Part shown: positions 30,159 to 41,282 of the stretch, one piece after another
How the letters are laid out: every line of letters begins with the position of its first letter
How positions within the stretch are numbered: the first letter of the stretch is position 1
Source of the DNA: Patescibacteria group bacterium
Lineage (GTDB): Bacteria > Patescibacteriota > Gracilibacteria > UBA4473
Assembly: GCA_965660445.1 (NCBI GenBank)
Contig: CBFIAK010000001.1
Span: forward strand, 96,001 to 160,000
Direction: 5' to 3'
DNA length: 64,000 nt
Notes under the pieces: model-generated
Told to the model about the DNA's origin: nothing
The model's database searches: none
The model's input: only the letters and a program-made list of their open reading frames with translations
Program-made: the position numbers and the translations under genes

Positions 30159-31670
30159 TTATTGAATATTAAGTTCTTTAAGATATTGAGCCATTTGCCC
30201 CTCTAGCTTCTCAATCTCTGGCTCAAGCTCCGCCAACTCCTTTAAATTCGCTGAAATATCGATCGCTTCCTCTTCCTCAAAGGTATCTACATATCTCGTA
30301 ATATTGAGATTGTAGTCATTTTCTTTGATCTCATTAGCTTGAACAATTCTAGAAAATTTATCGATTTCTTTTCGCTTGGCATAGGTTTCGTAAATCTTGT
30401 CCGAGTTCTCTTCCGAAAGTGTATTTTGTGCTTTTCCCGAAACAAATTCTTTGCTTGCCTCAATAAAGAGGATGTCTTTTTTGTCTTCATTTGCACCACC
30501 TACTTCACGTGAGCGATCAAGAATCAAAATCGCCACAGGAATACCTGTTGTCTGGAAAAGTCCTGCAGGCAGACCAATGACCGCATCAATGAGATTTTCC
30601 TCAAGTAGTTGCTGACGAATTTTCCTTTCAGCCCCTCCACGGAAAAGAACTCCATGGGGTACAATTACTGCCACACGCCCCGTTTTGGGTTTTACGGTTT
30701 CGATCATGTGCGTGATGAAGGCAAAGTCTCCCTTGTCTTTTGGTGGTACTCCGCGATGAAAACGATTGTATGGGTCTGAATCCGCATTTTCTGCCCCCCA
30801 CTTCTTTAAGCTGAAGGGCGGGTTTGCCACACAAACATCAAATTGCATCAATTGGTCATTTTCAACCAATTGTGGATTGTTCAGTGTGTCTCCCCATTCA
30901 ATTCGAGCAGAATCTTGGTTGTGCAAAAACATATTCATCCGAGCCAGCTGGAAAGTACTCCCTGTGGATTCTTGTCCATATAGGGCGTAATTTTTTGAAC
31001 CGTCGTTTTTTTCTACTTCTTCCCCCGTCATAAGAAGAAGTCCCCCAGACCCCATCGCAGGATCACATATCCTTGCCCCATCTTTTGGTTGTGCGAGTCG
31101 AGCAAGCAATTGGGCAACTGATTTCACGGTGAAAAATTCTCCCGCTTTTTTCCCTGCGTCCGCACCAAACTTTTCAATGAGGTACATGTACGAATTCCCG
31201 ATCACATCTTCATTAATTTTCGTAAGATCGATCTTGTGAAAATCATGAATGAGGTGCCGAAGCATTTTGTTCCGAGATTCTAATTTCCCGAGTCGACTTT
31301 CTGAATTGAAATCAAGCGAGGTCAAAAGTCCTTCCAGTTTTTCTTTATTGCTATCTTCAATCTTATGAAAGGCTTTATTGAGCTCTTGTCCGATACTGTC
31401 GGTTTCTATTTTTTGATAAATCTCATCAAAGGATGTCCCTTCTGGAAGATAAAAACGATCCATTTTCATTTTTTCTCGAATACGAGTTTCATCCGCCCCA
31501 TATCTTTCTTTATATTTTTCATGCTGAACCTTTGAAAGATCGCTCAAATACTTATAGAAAAGCATTGCGAGTACGTAGTCTTTGTAAACTCCCCCGTCCA
31601 ATGTCGTCCGAGACGAATCAGCCGCATTCCAGAGGATTTTGTTGAGATGTTCTTGGGTGATAGTGGTCAT
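30159..31670 (-). CDS. hsdM: Type I R-M methyltransferase subunit M
   Basis: AGEFFT, DPAMGSGGLL, ANPPFS, PHGVLFRG, YNLNITRY. Confidence 0.96.
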   Translation of the reverse strand: MTTITQEHLNKILWNAADSSRTTLDGGVYKDYVLAMLFYKYLSDLSKVQHEKYKERYGADETRIREKMKMDRFYLPEGTSFDEIYQKIETDSIGQELNKAFHKIEDSNKEKLEGLLTSLDFNSESRLGKLESRNKMLRHLIHDFHKIDLTKINEDVIGNSYMYLIEKFGADAGKKAGEFFTVKSVAQLLARLAQPKDGARICDPAMGSGGLLLMTGEEVEKNDGSKNYALYGQESTGSTFQLARMNMFLHNQDSARIEWGDTLNNPQLVENDQLMQFDVCVANPPFSLKKWGAENADSDPYNRFHRGVPPKDKGDFAFITHMIETVKPKTGRVAVIVPHGVLFRGGAERKIRQQLLEENLIDAVIGLPAGLFQTTGIPVAILILDRSREVGGANEDKKDILFIEASKEFVSGKAQNTLSEENSDKIYETYAKRKEIDKFSRIVQANEIKENDYNLNITRYVDTFEEEEAIDISANLKELAELEPEIEKLEGQMAQYLKELNIQ

Positions 31671-31673
31671 GGT

Positions 31674-32243
31674 TTAGGCGGTTATGAGTTTATTAATAGA
31701 GGCTTCAGCGATTTCTTGGTGAAGCTGAGATCGACGCTCATAGAGTTCTGAGCGTCGAAGATGGTTTTTGTATATATCTATAATATACTCCTGAGTTTTT
31801 ATATCAGGAATTGGGATTTCAATTTCCGTAAGAGAACTTTTTGGTAAAGAACGAATAGTTGCCCCACGACTAAAATTCTCCAACAGTGCTTGTCCTTTTT
31901 GTGAATTCAGGAAAATAGATAAATATTCAGGGATAATAGATTTTTGATCTTGAACCCGAATTATATAAACCGATGAAGCGGCAATAATATTCTTTTGATT
32001 TCCCTCATAAAGACTCGAACGAAACGTTCCCCGATTCGTAAGAAGTATATCCATTTTCTGAACGAATCCTTGTGATCGCGTTTTATCAAGAGATATCCGA
32101 ACAAAATCAAGATCAAGAGTTCCATCTGTATTTATATTGCGAGCCTGTAGGACTCGATACTCCCCACGAGGATCATCTAATATCGCAGACCGAAATGTAT
32201 GCCCGAGAATTATTTCAGCAATATCTTTTAACTTATTTTGCAT
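31674..32243 (-). CDS. Single-TRD HsdS-like protein
   Basis: [30 protein letters not shown]; first gene of the R-M operon. Confidence 0.8.
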   Translation of the reverse strand: MQNKLKDIAEIILGHTFRSAILDDPRGEYRVLQARNINTDGTLDLDFVRISLDKTRSQGFVQKMDILLTNRGTFRSSLYEGNQKNIIAASSVYIIRVQDQKSIIPEYLSIFLNSQKGQALLENFSRGATIRSLPKSSLTEIEIPIPDIKTQEYIIDIYKNHLRRSELYERRSQLHQEIAEASINKLITA

Positions 32244-32249
32244 ACCAAG

Positions 32250-32277
32250 AGTATACAGATGTTTTTCTATGTGTCAA
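32250..32277 (-). promoter_or_regulatory. Promoter of the R-M operon (leaderless geometry)
   Basis: Minus strand TTGACA-16 nt-TATACT-6 nt-ATG. Confidence 0.7.
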
Positions 32278-32312
32278 GTTTTTTGTGCACACACTTGATT
32301 ACTGCATTTTCA

Positions 32313-32846
32313 TCACTCATTCCTATACACAAAAATACGAGCATGTGGTGTTTTCACGATATCGGGTTTTCCGTTCCAGTGGTGAATCGGGGCGGCATAC
32401 GAAACGACTTGAGCCGATGGTTTAAGTTCTTGTTGAAGTTTTAATCTTAAGGACTTACTCATAACAGAACTCAGTCCATACACATACACAACATCAATAT
32501 CACGCATATCGTAAGAAAAAACGTTTCCCCATATAATATTCATGTTTCGAGGTCCCCATAAAGACCTCAGTTTGGATATCACATACAACGGAAACGCCAA
32601 CTCAATACCCACCACAGAAACATCTGGATTCTGACGAGCAACAACCAAAGAAACTCGTGCCGTTCCACACCCAATCTCTAAAAACGTATCGCCTTTTTCA
32701 AACGCACACGTTTTTAGAATATTGTTTAAGTCTCTGTTATCAGTAGGCACCCAAGGAGCAAACGAAAACCATGCATACAGCGTAGAAACCGTCAATAATA
32801 CACAGATCACTACAATAATAGCATGAAACCAAAACGTATCAGTCAT
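32313..32846 (-). CDS. Membrane-anchored class I SAM methyltransferase
   Basis: APWVPT, LEIGCGTAR, GIEL, VVYVY, ELKPSAQVVS. Confidence 0.85.
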   Translation of the reverse strand: MTDTFWFHAIIVVICVLLTVSTLYAWFSFAPWVPTDNRDLNNILKTCAFEKGDTFLEIGCGTARVSLVVARQNPDVSVVGIELAFPLYVISKLRSLWGPRNMNIIWGNVFSYDMRDIDVVYVYGLSSVMSKSLRLKLQQELKPSAQVVSYAAPIHHWNGKPDIVKTPHARIFVYRNE

Positions 32847-32856
32847 AAATCTTCGT

Positions 32857-33243
32857 TTACGCGAAGAACCCAACCCATACAAGATATAACCCTCCAAGCA
32901 ACCATACGCCAGAAGCAAATCCCATCATTCGAGAAGAAAGAACCGATTGAGTAATTCGATCAAACCATGCTGGAAATAATGCCCATAGACTTCCTTTTAC
33001 AAGAAAACCAAGCGCCAATATACTCACCAATATTTCAGGAAGAGACCCCCATAAAAAATGGTTTAATACCAAAACCATACCCACCGAAATCATCGCAAAC
33101 ATACTCATAAATGAAGCTAAATTTGCATCGCCTATTGACTGAAACGCACGTGTATAAAACGACCGATTTACAAACAAAGCAATACTCAAAACAAATAACG
33201 TTGGCCCAAAAACTTGAGCGAGAAAAAGAGTCATAGGATCCAT
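32857..33243 (-). CDS. Hypothetical 4-TM membrane protein
   Basis: Hydrophobic ORF from MDPMT. Confidence 0.65.
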   Translation of the reverse strand: MDPMTLFLAQVFGPTLFVLSIALFVNRSFYTRAFQSIGDANLASFMSMFAMISVGMVLVLNHFLWGSLPEILVSILALGFLVKGSLWALFPAWFDRITQSVLSSRMMGFASGVWLLGGLYLVWVGFFA

Positions 33244-33303
33244 AAGGAAAAAAGAAAAGAAATAAGTATTCCTAGTATACAATGCCTGAGAAGAACAATG
33301 CAA

Positions 33304-34602
33304 CTATTGTGCAGTATAGATAATCCGATACACCGTATCAGCATAATCGTCCGAAACTAAAAGAGAGCCATCAAAATATGTTTCTACATCAACAGGGCGT
33401 CCCCAACGGTCATCACCTTGCAACCACCCAGATACAAACGGTTCATATCCCACCGATTCAGTTCCCGATAAACGCACTAAACTCACCTGATACCCAATAG
33501 GAGTGGTTCTGTTCCATGACCCATGCTCAGCAATAAACACTTGGTTTTGATACCTATCTGGGAACATGGTTCCTGTATAAAACCTCATTCCAAGTGCGGC
33601 AACATGAGGGCCGAGTTCTTGAACTGGCGGCACAAACTCATCACACGATCGTCCATCACCAAACTCCGAATCAAGAAAAGAACGGCCATGACAATACGGA
33701 AACCCAAAATGAGCACCTTCCGTTTCTAACCGATTCAGTTCATCTGGAGGGATATTATCACTGACCCAGTCACGTCCATTATCGGTAAACCATAACTCTT
33801 TTGTTTCAGGATGCCAATCAAACCCAACTGTGTTTCGAATTCCTGAGGCAATAACCTCATAGCCACCTGCCATATCAAACCGAGTCAAAGACGCATACAC
33901 TTCATTTTTTGATTCACACACATTACAAGGAGCGCCTACAGGAACATATAAATCACCCTCTGGTGAAAACCGAATAAATTTCCATCCATGACTTTTATCT
34001 TTTGGGTATTCATCAAAAAGAACTTCATACTCAAACGGTTCTGATTGAGACTCAATATCAGGAAACCTTAAAATTCGATGTATCTCTGCTACATATAAAT
34101 CTCCATCTTGAAACGCAACCCCATTCGGACTTTCTAATCCTTCCGCTAAAACCTCTACCTTATCCGCTTTTCCGTCCATATCTCGATCCATCACTCGATA
34201 CACTTTTCCTGGTTGTCGACTCCCAATATACACCACCCCCTCAGACCCTAAAGCCAGCGATCTCGCTCCTTCAATACCGTTTGCAAATACGTGAATCTCA
34301 AACCCCTCGGGAAGTGTTAATAAATCCAATGGTAAATCTGATGTTTGAAACAATAACTCTTCTTGTTCGTACAAGTTTTCCGTTTCTTTCCCTTTATTGG
34401 ACGTGTCTTCTGACGAAAGAGGTATAAAATCATCTTCCATAAAAACCTCATCATGCACACCTTGTTCAATAGGTGAAGATATAAATTCTTGAGAAGGTTG
34501 TTGTGAGTCTCGAAAAAACAAGAGAACCAACCCCCCAATACAGAGAAAAAGAGAAGCGAAAAAGAGGTTTCGTACTGGTTTTCGAAAGAGAACAAATATC
34601 AT
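33304..34602 (-). CDS. PQQ-dependent glucose/sorbosone dehydrogenase family protein
   Basis: LPEGFEI, VGAPCNVC, GIRNTVGFDWHP, HGSWNR, GRPVDV. Confidence 0.9.
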   Translation of the reverse strand: MIFVLFRKPVRNLFFASLFLCIGGLVLLFFRDSQQPSQEFISSPIEQGVHDEVFMEDDFIPLSSEDTSNKGKETENLYEQEELLFQTSDLPLDLLTLPEGFEIHVFANGIEGARSLALGSEGVVYIGSRQPGKVYRVMDRDMDGKADKVEVLAEGLESPNGVAFQDGDLYVAEIHRILRFPDIESQSEPFEYEVLFDEYPKDKSHGWKFIRFSPEGDLYVPVGAPCNVCESKNEVYASLTRFDMAGGYEVIASGIRNTVGFDWHPETKELWFTDNGRDWVSDNIPPDELNRLETEGAHFGFPYCHGRSFLDSEFGDGRSCDEFVPPVQELGPHVAALGMRFYTGTMFPDRYQNQVFIAEHGSWNRTTPIGYQVSLVRLSGTESVGYEPFVSGWLQGDDRWGRPVDVETYFDGSLLVSDDYADTVYRIIYTAQ

Positions 34603-34633
34603 ACCACGAGTATAAAACGCATATAGGAATCAA

Positions 34634-37600
34634 TCAACCTGCTTTTTTTACACGTCCGTTTTGCAAAACTCGAAAAAGAACGGGAATAACTAATAAGGTC
34701 ATTATCACTGATGTTAAAAGCCCTCCCAGCACCACTACTGCTAACGGTTTCTGAATTTCTGCACCCGTTCCCGTTGTTACCAACAGAGGAAGTAATCCCA
34801 GTAATGAAGTAAACGCCGTCATAAGTACGGGGCGCAATCGTTTGGTTGCTCCTGCCATCAATGCCTCATCTATATGAGAAAACGTAACCCTTTTCGTTTT
34901 TTTATACATTGATTCCAACGATTGTTGTAAATATAAAACAATCACAACCCCTGTTTCGACAGCGTTTCCGAACAAAGCAATAAACCCAACCCAAACAGCA
35001 ACCGAAAAATTATACTGCGACAAAAGCAAAGCTGCAATACCGCCAATAATACTCAATGGAATAGCCATCATAACCACCGAAACCATTTTTAGATCGTTAT
35101 AAGTAATATACAATATTAAGAAAATCAGAACCACAACAAGCGGCACAACCCACGACAGTTTTGATTTCGCTCTCACTTGGTTTTTATATTGTCCATCAAA
35201 CTCAAGACGATACCCAACAGGCAATTGAAGATTTTCATCAAGATGCGTTTTTGTGTCTTCCACAAACGATACTAAATCACGGCCTCGTACATTCATCTGC
35301 ACAACCGATCGAAGCTGTCCGTTTTCAGAATGCAATACCGCAGGACCGTTTTCAATTCGAATATCTGCAACGGCATCTAAAGAAACCAGTTGCCCATTTA
35401 AACCTCGGATAGGCAGACCTTTTATGGTTTCAATATCATCACGCATATTGTGTGCAAACCGTAACTGAACGCCGTATCGTTCTCGCCCTTCAACAACCGA
35501 ACTCACAACCGCCCCACCCATTCCCACAGATATCGCTTGTAGCACATTTGATTTCGGTATACCATAAGCTGCTAATTGGTCTTCTTTGATATCAATATTG
35601 AGATACCGCAACCCTAAAGTCCGAAGGGCAACAGTACCGGAAGCACCCGGTATATGACTCATCATTTGTTCTATATCGAGAGCAATGTTTTCAAGATCAA
35701 TAGGGTCTGTTCCAAACACTTTAATCCCTACTTGAGCTCGTATACCAGTAGAAACCATATCAATACGTCCAATGATAGGTTGTGTAAACCCGTTCCATAA
35801 CGAAGGAATTTGAATACTTCTATTCATCTGCGTAATAAGGTCTTCTTTTGTGACTCCAGGTCTCCATTCTGATTTTGGTTTCAGGGTTATAAACGTTTCA
35901 ATCATAGCTAAAGGAGCAGGATCTGTTGCGGTATCGGCTCGTCCAGCTTTTCCCATAACCATTTTCACCTCAGGAAAAGAAGCAAGGATCGCATTTGTTT
36001 CTCGCAATAACTCTGCAGCTTTTCGTTCGGACACATCAGGAACAGTCATCGGCATATACCAAATATCACCTTCATCTAAAGGAGGCATAAATTCTGACCC
36101 TATAAAAACAGAACTCCCCAATGCTCCCAAAAGCAAAACTCCACTCACCCCCAAAACAATTTTATTATGAGAAAATGCCCATCGCAAAAGTGGTTCATAA
36201 AGACGTTGAAACCAAAACACTGCTGGAATATGTTCATCTGCAAAAAGACGACCACGCAAAAACCAAACGCATCCTAATGGCACAAAGAAAAGAGCTGATA
36301 ATAAAGCACCGAGCATCGCAAATATACTTGTAAATGCAAGTGGCTGAAACAGTTTTCCTTCCATGCCTTCAAGAGCAAAAATAGGCACAAAAGAAATCAT
36401 AATAATACAAATAGCAAACAGTAATGGTAACCCTACTTCTTGTGTTGATCGCAAAACAATTTGAATACGCGAAGAAATAGAGTTTCGTTCTTTTTCAGAC
36501 GCAGAAACAAGATGCTGATATGCATTTTCAAGCACCACAATGATAGAATCGACCATTGTTCCAATAGCTATGGCAATTCCTCCTAAAGACATAATATTAG
36601 AAGGAATTCCAAACAGTTTCATCACTAAGAAAGTCAAAAGGACTCCAAAAACTAAAGCAATTCCAGTTACAAGCGTTGATGGAATATGACGTAAAAATAC
36701 CCACATAATAAAAGCCGTGATGACCACCATTTGTACCAACACCCATTTCAGAGTGTTAATAGAACCAGTAATAAGTTCTGTTCGATCATAAAAAGGAGTA
36801 ATCCGTATCTCGTTTCCAATACGGTTTTCTATATGCGGAATTTTTTCTTTCACGCGACTAATAACTTCAAGCGGATTTTCACCGTATCGCATAACCACAA
36901 TCCCCCCCACTTTTTCTTCTTGAGCATTGGCTAAAATACCTCGTCGAGGAGCACCACTTATACGAACAGTCGCAATATCAGAAACAAGAATTGGATTCCC
37001 GTCGTTAAACCGACCAATCACCATGTTCTGAATGTCTTCGAGAGACTCAAAAAAACCGAGTCCTTGAATAGATATTTCTCGTTCTCCGTATTCTAAAACG
37101 TTTCCCGCCACAGTTGTGTTTCCTTGTTGAAGGGTCTGAAACACGGTTTGAATACCCACCCCCATATCTGACATACGCACAGGATCCAAAACAACCTGAT
37201 ATTGCATTACATATCCTCCAACAGAAGCAACCTCTGCAACACCAGATAGACTTTCGAGTTCTTGTTTTACCACAAAATCTTGTAACGATCGAAGTTCTGT
37301 AAGCGATAAATCTGGATGATCAAGTGTATAGAGAAATATATGCCCAAGTCCTGTTGCGTCAGGCCCGATACTGGTTACAACTCCTGACGGCAGCATTGAT
37401 TGCACTTGTGCCAATTTTTCGCTTACTCGATCACGTGCAAAGTAAATACCAGCATCATCCTCAAAAATAACCGTTACCATAGAAACACCCATCATAGAAC
37501 TACTCCGAACCGTTTTTACTTTTGGAAGTGATTGCAATGCCGTACTTAAAGGGTACGTTACTTGGTCTTCTATATTTTGAGGCGATTGACCTCTCCACTG

Positions 37601-37750
37601 AGAAACAACAATAACTTGGTTTTCTGAAAGATCTGGAAGGGCATCAACGGGTGTATTATATACCGCCCAAATACCAGATGATACAAGAGCAATAAAAAGA
37701 CTGACCGTCAAAACCCAACGATTGAGTAAAAGCGAAAGAAAAGTATTCAT
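34634..37750 (-). CDS. cusA: CusA/CzcA heavy-metal efflux RND permease
   Basis: DALPDLSENQVIV, GPDATGLG, NIMSLGGIAIAIG, GSEFMPPLDEG, RLRPVLMT. Confidence 0.9.
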   Translation of the reverse strand: MNTFLSLLLNRWVLTVSLFIALVSSGIWAVYNTPVDALPDLSENQVIVVSQWRGQSPQNIEDQVTYPLSTALQSLPKVKTVRSSSMMGVSMVTVIFEDDAGIYFARDRVSEKLAQVQSMLPSGVVTSIGPDATGLGHIFLYTLDHPDLSLTELRSLQDFVVKQELESLSGVAEVASVGGYVMQYQVVLDPVRMSDMGVGIQTVFQTLQQGNTTVAGNVLEYGEREISIQGLGFFESLEDIQNMVIGRFNDGNPILVSDIATVRISGAPRRGILANAQEEKVGGIVVMRYGENPLEVISRVKEKIPHIENRIGNEIRITPFYDRTELITGSINTLKWVLVQMVVITAFIMWVFLRHIPSTLVTGIALVFGVLLTFLVMKLFGIPSNIMSLGGIAIAIGTMVDSIIVVLENAYQHLVSASEKERNSISSRIQIVLRSTQEVGLPLLFAICIIMISFVPIFALEGMEGKLFQPLAFTSIFAMLGALLSALFFVPLGCVWFLRGRLFADEHIPAVFWFQRLYEPLLRWAFSHNKIVLGVSGVLLLGALGSSVFIGSEFMPPLDEGDIWYMPMTVPDVSERKAAELLRETNAILASFPEVKMVMGKAGRADTATDPAPLAMIETFITLKPKSEWRPGVTKEDLITQMNRSIQIPSLWNGFTQPIIGRIDMVSTGIRAQVGIKVFGTDPIDLENIALDIEQMMSHIPGASGTVALRTLGLRYLNIDIKEDQLAAYGIPKSNVLQAISVGMGGAVVSSVVEGRERYGVQLRFAHNMRDDIETIKGLPIRGLNGQLVSLDAVADIRIENGPAVLHSENGQLRSVVQMNVRGRDLVSFVEDTKTHLDENLQLPVGYRLEFDGQYKNQVRAKSKLSWVVPLVVVLIFLILYITYNDLKMVSVVMMAIPLSIIGGIAALLLSQYNFSVAVWVGFIALFGNAVETGVVIVLYLQQSLESMYKKTKRVTFSHIDEALMAGATKRLRPVLMTAFTSLLGLLPLLVTTGTGAEIQKPLAVVVLGGLLTSVIMTLLVIPVLFRVLQNGRVKKAG

Positions 37751-37756
37751 ACTATT

Positions 37757-39364
37757 TTATTGAAAAAGAGAAAAAGAAGGGTTTGTGATAATGGTATCTC
37801 CAATAACAAGATCTGAAGATCGCACTTGTAAAAACTCACCATTATCAGCAATAACGGAAACGAAAACTTGTTGGGGTTCGTTTTCAGTAAGCGTCCATAC
37901 AAAATACTGATTTTGACGCTTTTTTACTGCTTGAGATGGAACAGAAACAATGTCAGAAGTCGGATCAAAAACAGAAACAAATAATGTTTGTCCATGTAAA
38001 AACCCGTCTGGCACCTCTTCGTCAAAAACAGCACTCATTTTTATGTTTCGAAACCGAGGATGTACCTGTGAACTGACCCGGAAAAGAGTTCCCGAAAAAA
38101 CGTTGCCATTTATGTCACTTATTTCAACAGCATCGTTTAGTTTCAAATGAAGAGCCCATTGTTCAGGAACTGAAAAATGAACCTCAAACAATGCCTTTTG
38201 TGATTGAACTGTATCAGCGCCTTCTAAAGAAAACAAAGGCATATTCGGTTGCACCGATTCTCCAACTTCAATCATTCTATCAGTAATGATACCATGAAAA
38301 GGAGAAATAATTGATTGGTGTCCAGACTGTACAAGAACAGAGTTATACCGAGCTCTTGCTAATTCTACGTTTTTTTCAGCTTGTGTAATAGAAAGTGCCT
38401 GTTGTGAGGTAACTAAATCACGTCTTTGTTGAGAAGACTCTGTTTGAATATTTTTTTCAATCGATAAAGACGCCATCGTTTCTATTTTCTCCTGAAGACC
38501 TAAAATCGATTGGCGTATTTGAGAAAGTTTTAATTGTTGAGACGCAATAACATTTCTATGATGTTGAATAGTAGTGTCTGCGAACCGTTGAGTTGATCGA
38601 GCTTGTTTATAGAGCTGTTCAGTGTGCGAAAGAAAATCATCAAGCATATCTATATGGATAAACAAGTCGTCTTCTGTATCAAAAACACCTGAAGAAACGA
38701 GTCTGTATATATCAGAAGCGAGTAATTCAACTCGACTTTCAAGTACCGCATGAGCAAAAACACCTTGAAGCGTAAAACTGTTTTGATACACACTGTCACT
38801 AAAAAGCAAAGGCCGAACCGTTTCCCATACCTGATGAAGAACGACAATGCCTTCTGCTTTTTTTGCTTGCAGTTGAGAATCCAGTTCTAGTTGCGTTACA
38901 CTTTGTGTTTGTTCTTTTGCATACGATTCTTCAACTGAAATCTGAGATACATCAAGTGTTTTTTGTGCAACAGCACGAACACTTTCCAGATCCGATTCTG
39001 CTTTTTGAAGAGCCGCCAAAGCCTCTTGTATTGCAGCAGAACTCTGCCCTTCAATTCCCTGAGGAAATAAAGATACAAGCACTTGTCCCTGAGAGACTGT
39101 GTCTCCAATATCAACGAATACATCACGCACAACACCATTTCGTCGTGGAACAATGACAACTGATTTATTAGATTGCAAAACTCCTGGAACTTTCAATGCA
39201 GAAAATGCACGTGATCGTACCACCTGAGTTGTTTTCCATTCCGTATCAGAAATATTATTTGTCTGAGCATAAACTGGTTTTGGAGTATGAGAAAAAGATT
39301 CAAGAAGAAACCATCCCACCCCAAAGAGAAAAATGCTGATACCAAAAAAAATTATTTTATGCAT
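37757..39364 (-). CDS. RND periplasmic adaptor (membrane fusion protein) with long coiled coil
   Basis: GVVRDVFVDIGDTVSQGQVL and IISPFHGII lipoyl halves; adjacent to cusA. Confidence 0.8.
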   Translation of the reverse strand: MHKIIFFGISIFLFGVGWFLLESFSHTPKPVYAQTNNISDTEWKTTQVVRSRAFSALKVPGVLQSNKSVVIVPRRNGVVRDVFVDIGDTVSQGQVLVSLFPQGIEGQSSAAIQEALAALQKAESDLESVRAVAQKTLDVSQISVEESYAKEQTQSVTQLELDSQLQAKKAEGIVVLHQVWETVRPLLFSDSVYQNSFTLQGVFAHAVLESRVELLASDIYRLVSSGVFDTEDDLFIHIDMLDDFLSHTEQLYKQARSTQRFADTTIQHHRNVIASQQLKLSQIRQSILGLQEKIETMASLSIEKNIQTESSQQRRDLVTSQQALSITQAEKNVELARARYNSVLVQSGHQSIISPFHGIITDRMIEVGESVQPNMPLFSLEGADTVQSQKALFEVHFSVPEQWALHLKLNDAVEISDINGNVFSGTLFRVSSQVHPRFRNIKMSAVFDEEVPDGFLHGQTLFVSVFDPTSDIVSVPSQAVKKRQNQYFVWTLTENEPQQVFVSVIADNGEFLQVRSSDLVIGDTIITNPSFSLFQ

Positions 39365-39370
39365 ATTCTA

Positions 39371-39595
39371 TTAGTGGTTATGGTTCATATGATCTGAATC
39401 AGAATTTCCATGTCCCATATTAAGATGGTCTTCAATCGACATATTCATTCGAGCTGCTGCTTCTTTTTGTTCTTGAAATTCTTCAAGTGAAAGTCCATAT
39501 TGTTCTGCCATTTCAGATTCCGTCATGGGCGCTTCGCTGCATCCAACAAGAAAAAAAGGAAAAGAAAGAAGGAAAAAAGAGAAAAATGTTTTCAT
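39371..39595 (-). CDS. Small Met/His-rich lipoprotein
   Basis: Lipobox LVGC; ends MNMSIEDHLNMGHGNSDSDHMNHNH. Confidence 0.65.
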   Translation of the reverse strand: MKTFFSFFLLSFPFFLVGCSEAPMTESEMAEQYGLSLEEFQEQKEAAARMNMSIEDHLNMGHGNSDSDHMNHNH

Positions 39596-39716
39596 AGTGT
39601 AAAAAAGATAAAAAATAAAAATAAAAAAAGAGAGACGCATATACCGTTTCGGTATTCGTCTTCACATACGAAAAAAACACACGTTTCTTCATAAAAAACG
39701 TGCATCTACAAAAAAA

Positions 39717-40097
39717 CTAGACAATTAAAATGACTGTTGTGTCTGGCATAACCGTCTTCCATAATACCTGTGGTGGTGGAATATAGGATGTGCCCAACAC
39801 AGAAACAGATGTCAGTGGAGTATGTAGGAGGAAAGACGTATCTATCGAAAACGAAAACAATGGTATTTCTTCAATAGGAGCTACAAAAGTAGATGAATCC
39901 GATTGAAGAACCTGCAGTGTTTGTTCACACATTGAACAATGCGGAGAAGTTGAGACTTCTTGTTTTTGTGCTTGATGACACGGGGAAACTGCGGGATGAG
40001 AGGTCGCCGCAAAAACACCAGAAAAAGACATAAAGGTCATACAGAGAAACAATGCACTCTGTAAAGAAAACATGAATAATGATATTTTCTGTTTCAT
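39717..40097 (-). CDS. Hypothetical secreted protein with CH..HCxxC and PPP (DUF2946-like)
   Basis: SPCHQ, PHCSMCEQ, YIPPP; upstream of metal efflux genes. Confidence 0.55.
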   Translation of the reverse strand: MKQKISLFMFSLQSALFLCMTFMSFSGVFAATSHPAVSPCHQAQKQEVSTSPHCSMCEQTLQVLQSDSSTFVAPIEEIPLFSFSIDTSFLLHTPLTSVSVLGTSYIPPPQVLWKTVMPDTTVILIV

Positions 40098-40121
40098 TTC
40101 TTTCTTACCCTATACTACTTT

Positions 40122-41282
40122 TTATTTCTTGTCTAGTGATGAAAAAGACTGGGGTAATAATCCCGAAAAAGGAAGTGTCTCCATTTTTTGTGTTAACTGA
40201 TTATATCGCACAATAGTGTATATTTTTTCGCTTGTAGCAAATACATCGAGCAGTTCTTGCAAGTCTTCATAATCACCAGAAAACTCATCGGTTATTTTTT
40301 CTGATTCTAAAACAAACCACACAAAATCTCCATCAACATTCATCCATGAAACAGTTTGGTCTTCAAACGAATACAAACGTGTTGCTGTTTCAGATTCACG
40401 ATGCCATTCAAAAAGATGGTATTGAAAAGAGTCATCACGAATAACAGCCAATAACCGATTATCGTCATCGCTCCACGTAGCATAAATAATCTCACCAATA
40501 TCCTGTAAAACAGACGTAGCTGTTCCATCCGCAGAAAAAATAACAATATAACTCACAGGGCTAAATACGTCTTGATCTGGTTTTTGTTTGAGTAATAAAT
40601 GCCGCCCATCAGACGAGAACCCAAAGTTTTGAAAATAGTTTCCGACTGGCTGTATATTGTCTGGATCTTCCTGTAAAGGAAACAAAGAAAACCCAAAGTT
40701 TTCAAACGGATTAGCACCCACAAGTAACTGAGAAGACTCAGAAACTGCAATATTTTGCAAGGGGAACTCTTCATACAAAGACTTCCATGTTTTTCGACGA
40801 AAAGAATACGTCCACACACTCCGAGCATGATCAGATTGTGCTTCAAAGAAAATCATATCATTGGCTGTCCATGGATACAGTGTTTGTAATTGAACACCGT
40901 ACGGAACAGCAATACGTCGTGTTTTTCCTGTGTTTATATGCAGAGAATAAAGTTGTTGGGTTTTATAAATTGATCGTAGTCCGCTCCATTGTCGTTTTCG
41001 TATTGCTGTATAAAAAATAACCGTATCTTCTTGAGGCGTACGTACCAATGAAAATTGGTTCACAATCAATGATGAAGGCGATAAAAACGTAATCGATTCA
41101 GTATTTGGGTCAAATGCAGCAAGTCTTCCTGCACTTTCCTCATCGGTACTCATAAACACTACTGTTTGAGATGAAAAATCAGGAAGTTGTTGTGTTTGTT
41201 CCCATATCCATAAAAAAAGAATCCCGACTCCACAACAGAGAAGAATAAGAGAGACCACACGATCAAAAGAAAAAAGTTTCAT
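40122..41282 (-). CDS. Membrane-anchored beta-propeller (TolB-like) protein
   Basis: FSSDGRHL, WSDDDNRL repeats; N-terminal TM. Confidence 0.6.
   Translation of the reverse strand: MKLFSFDRVVSLILLCCGVGILFLWIWEQTQQLPDFSSQTVVFMSTDEESAGRLAAFDPNTESITFLSPSSLIVNQFSLVRTPQEDTVIFYTAIRKRQWSGLRSIYKTQQLYSLHINTGKTRRIAVPYGVQLQTLYPWTANDMIFFEAQSDHARSVWTYSFRRKTWKSLYEEFPLQNIAVSESSQLLVGANPFENFGFSLFPLQEDPDNIQPVGNYFQNFGFSSDGRHLLLKQKPDQDVFSPVSYIVIFSADGTATSVLQDIGEIIYATWSDDDNRLLAVIRDDSFQYHLFEWHRESETATRLYSFEDQTVSWMNVDGDFVWFVLESEKITDEFSGDYEDLQELLDVFATSEKIYTIVRYNQLTQKMETLPFSGLLPQSFSSLDKK

Noticed and set aside
19675-32310. R-M region as an intact integrative element at tRNA-Gln(TTG)
   Set aside because: No integrase, and no distal tRNA-end repeat seen near 32.3 kb, so boundaries cannot be supported
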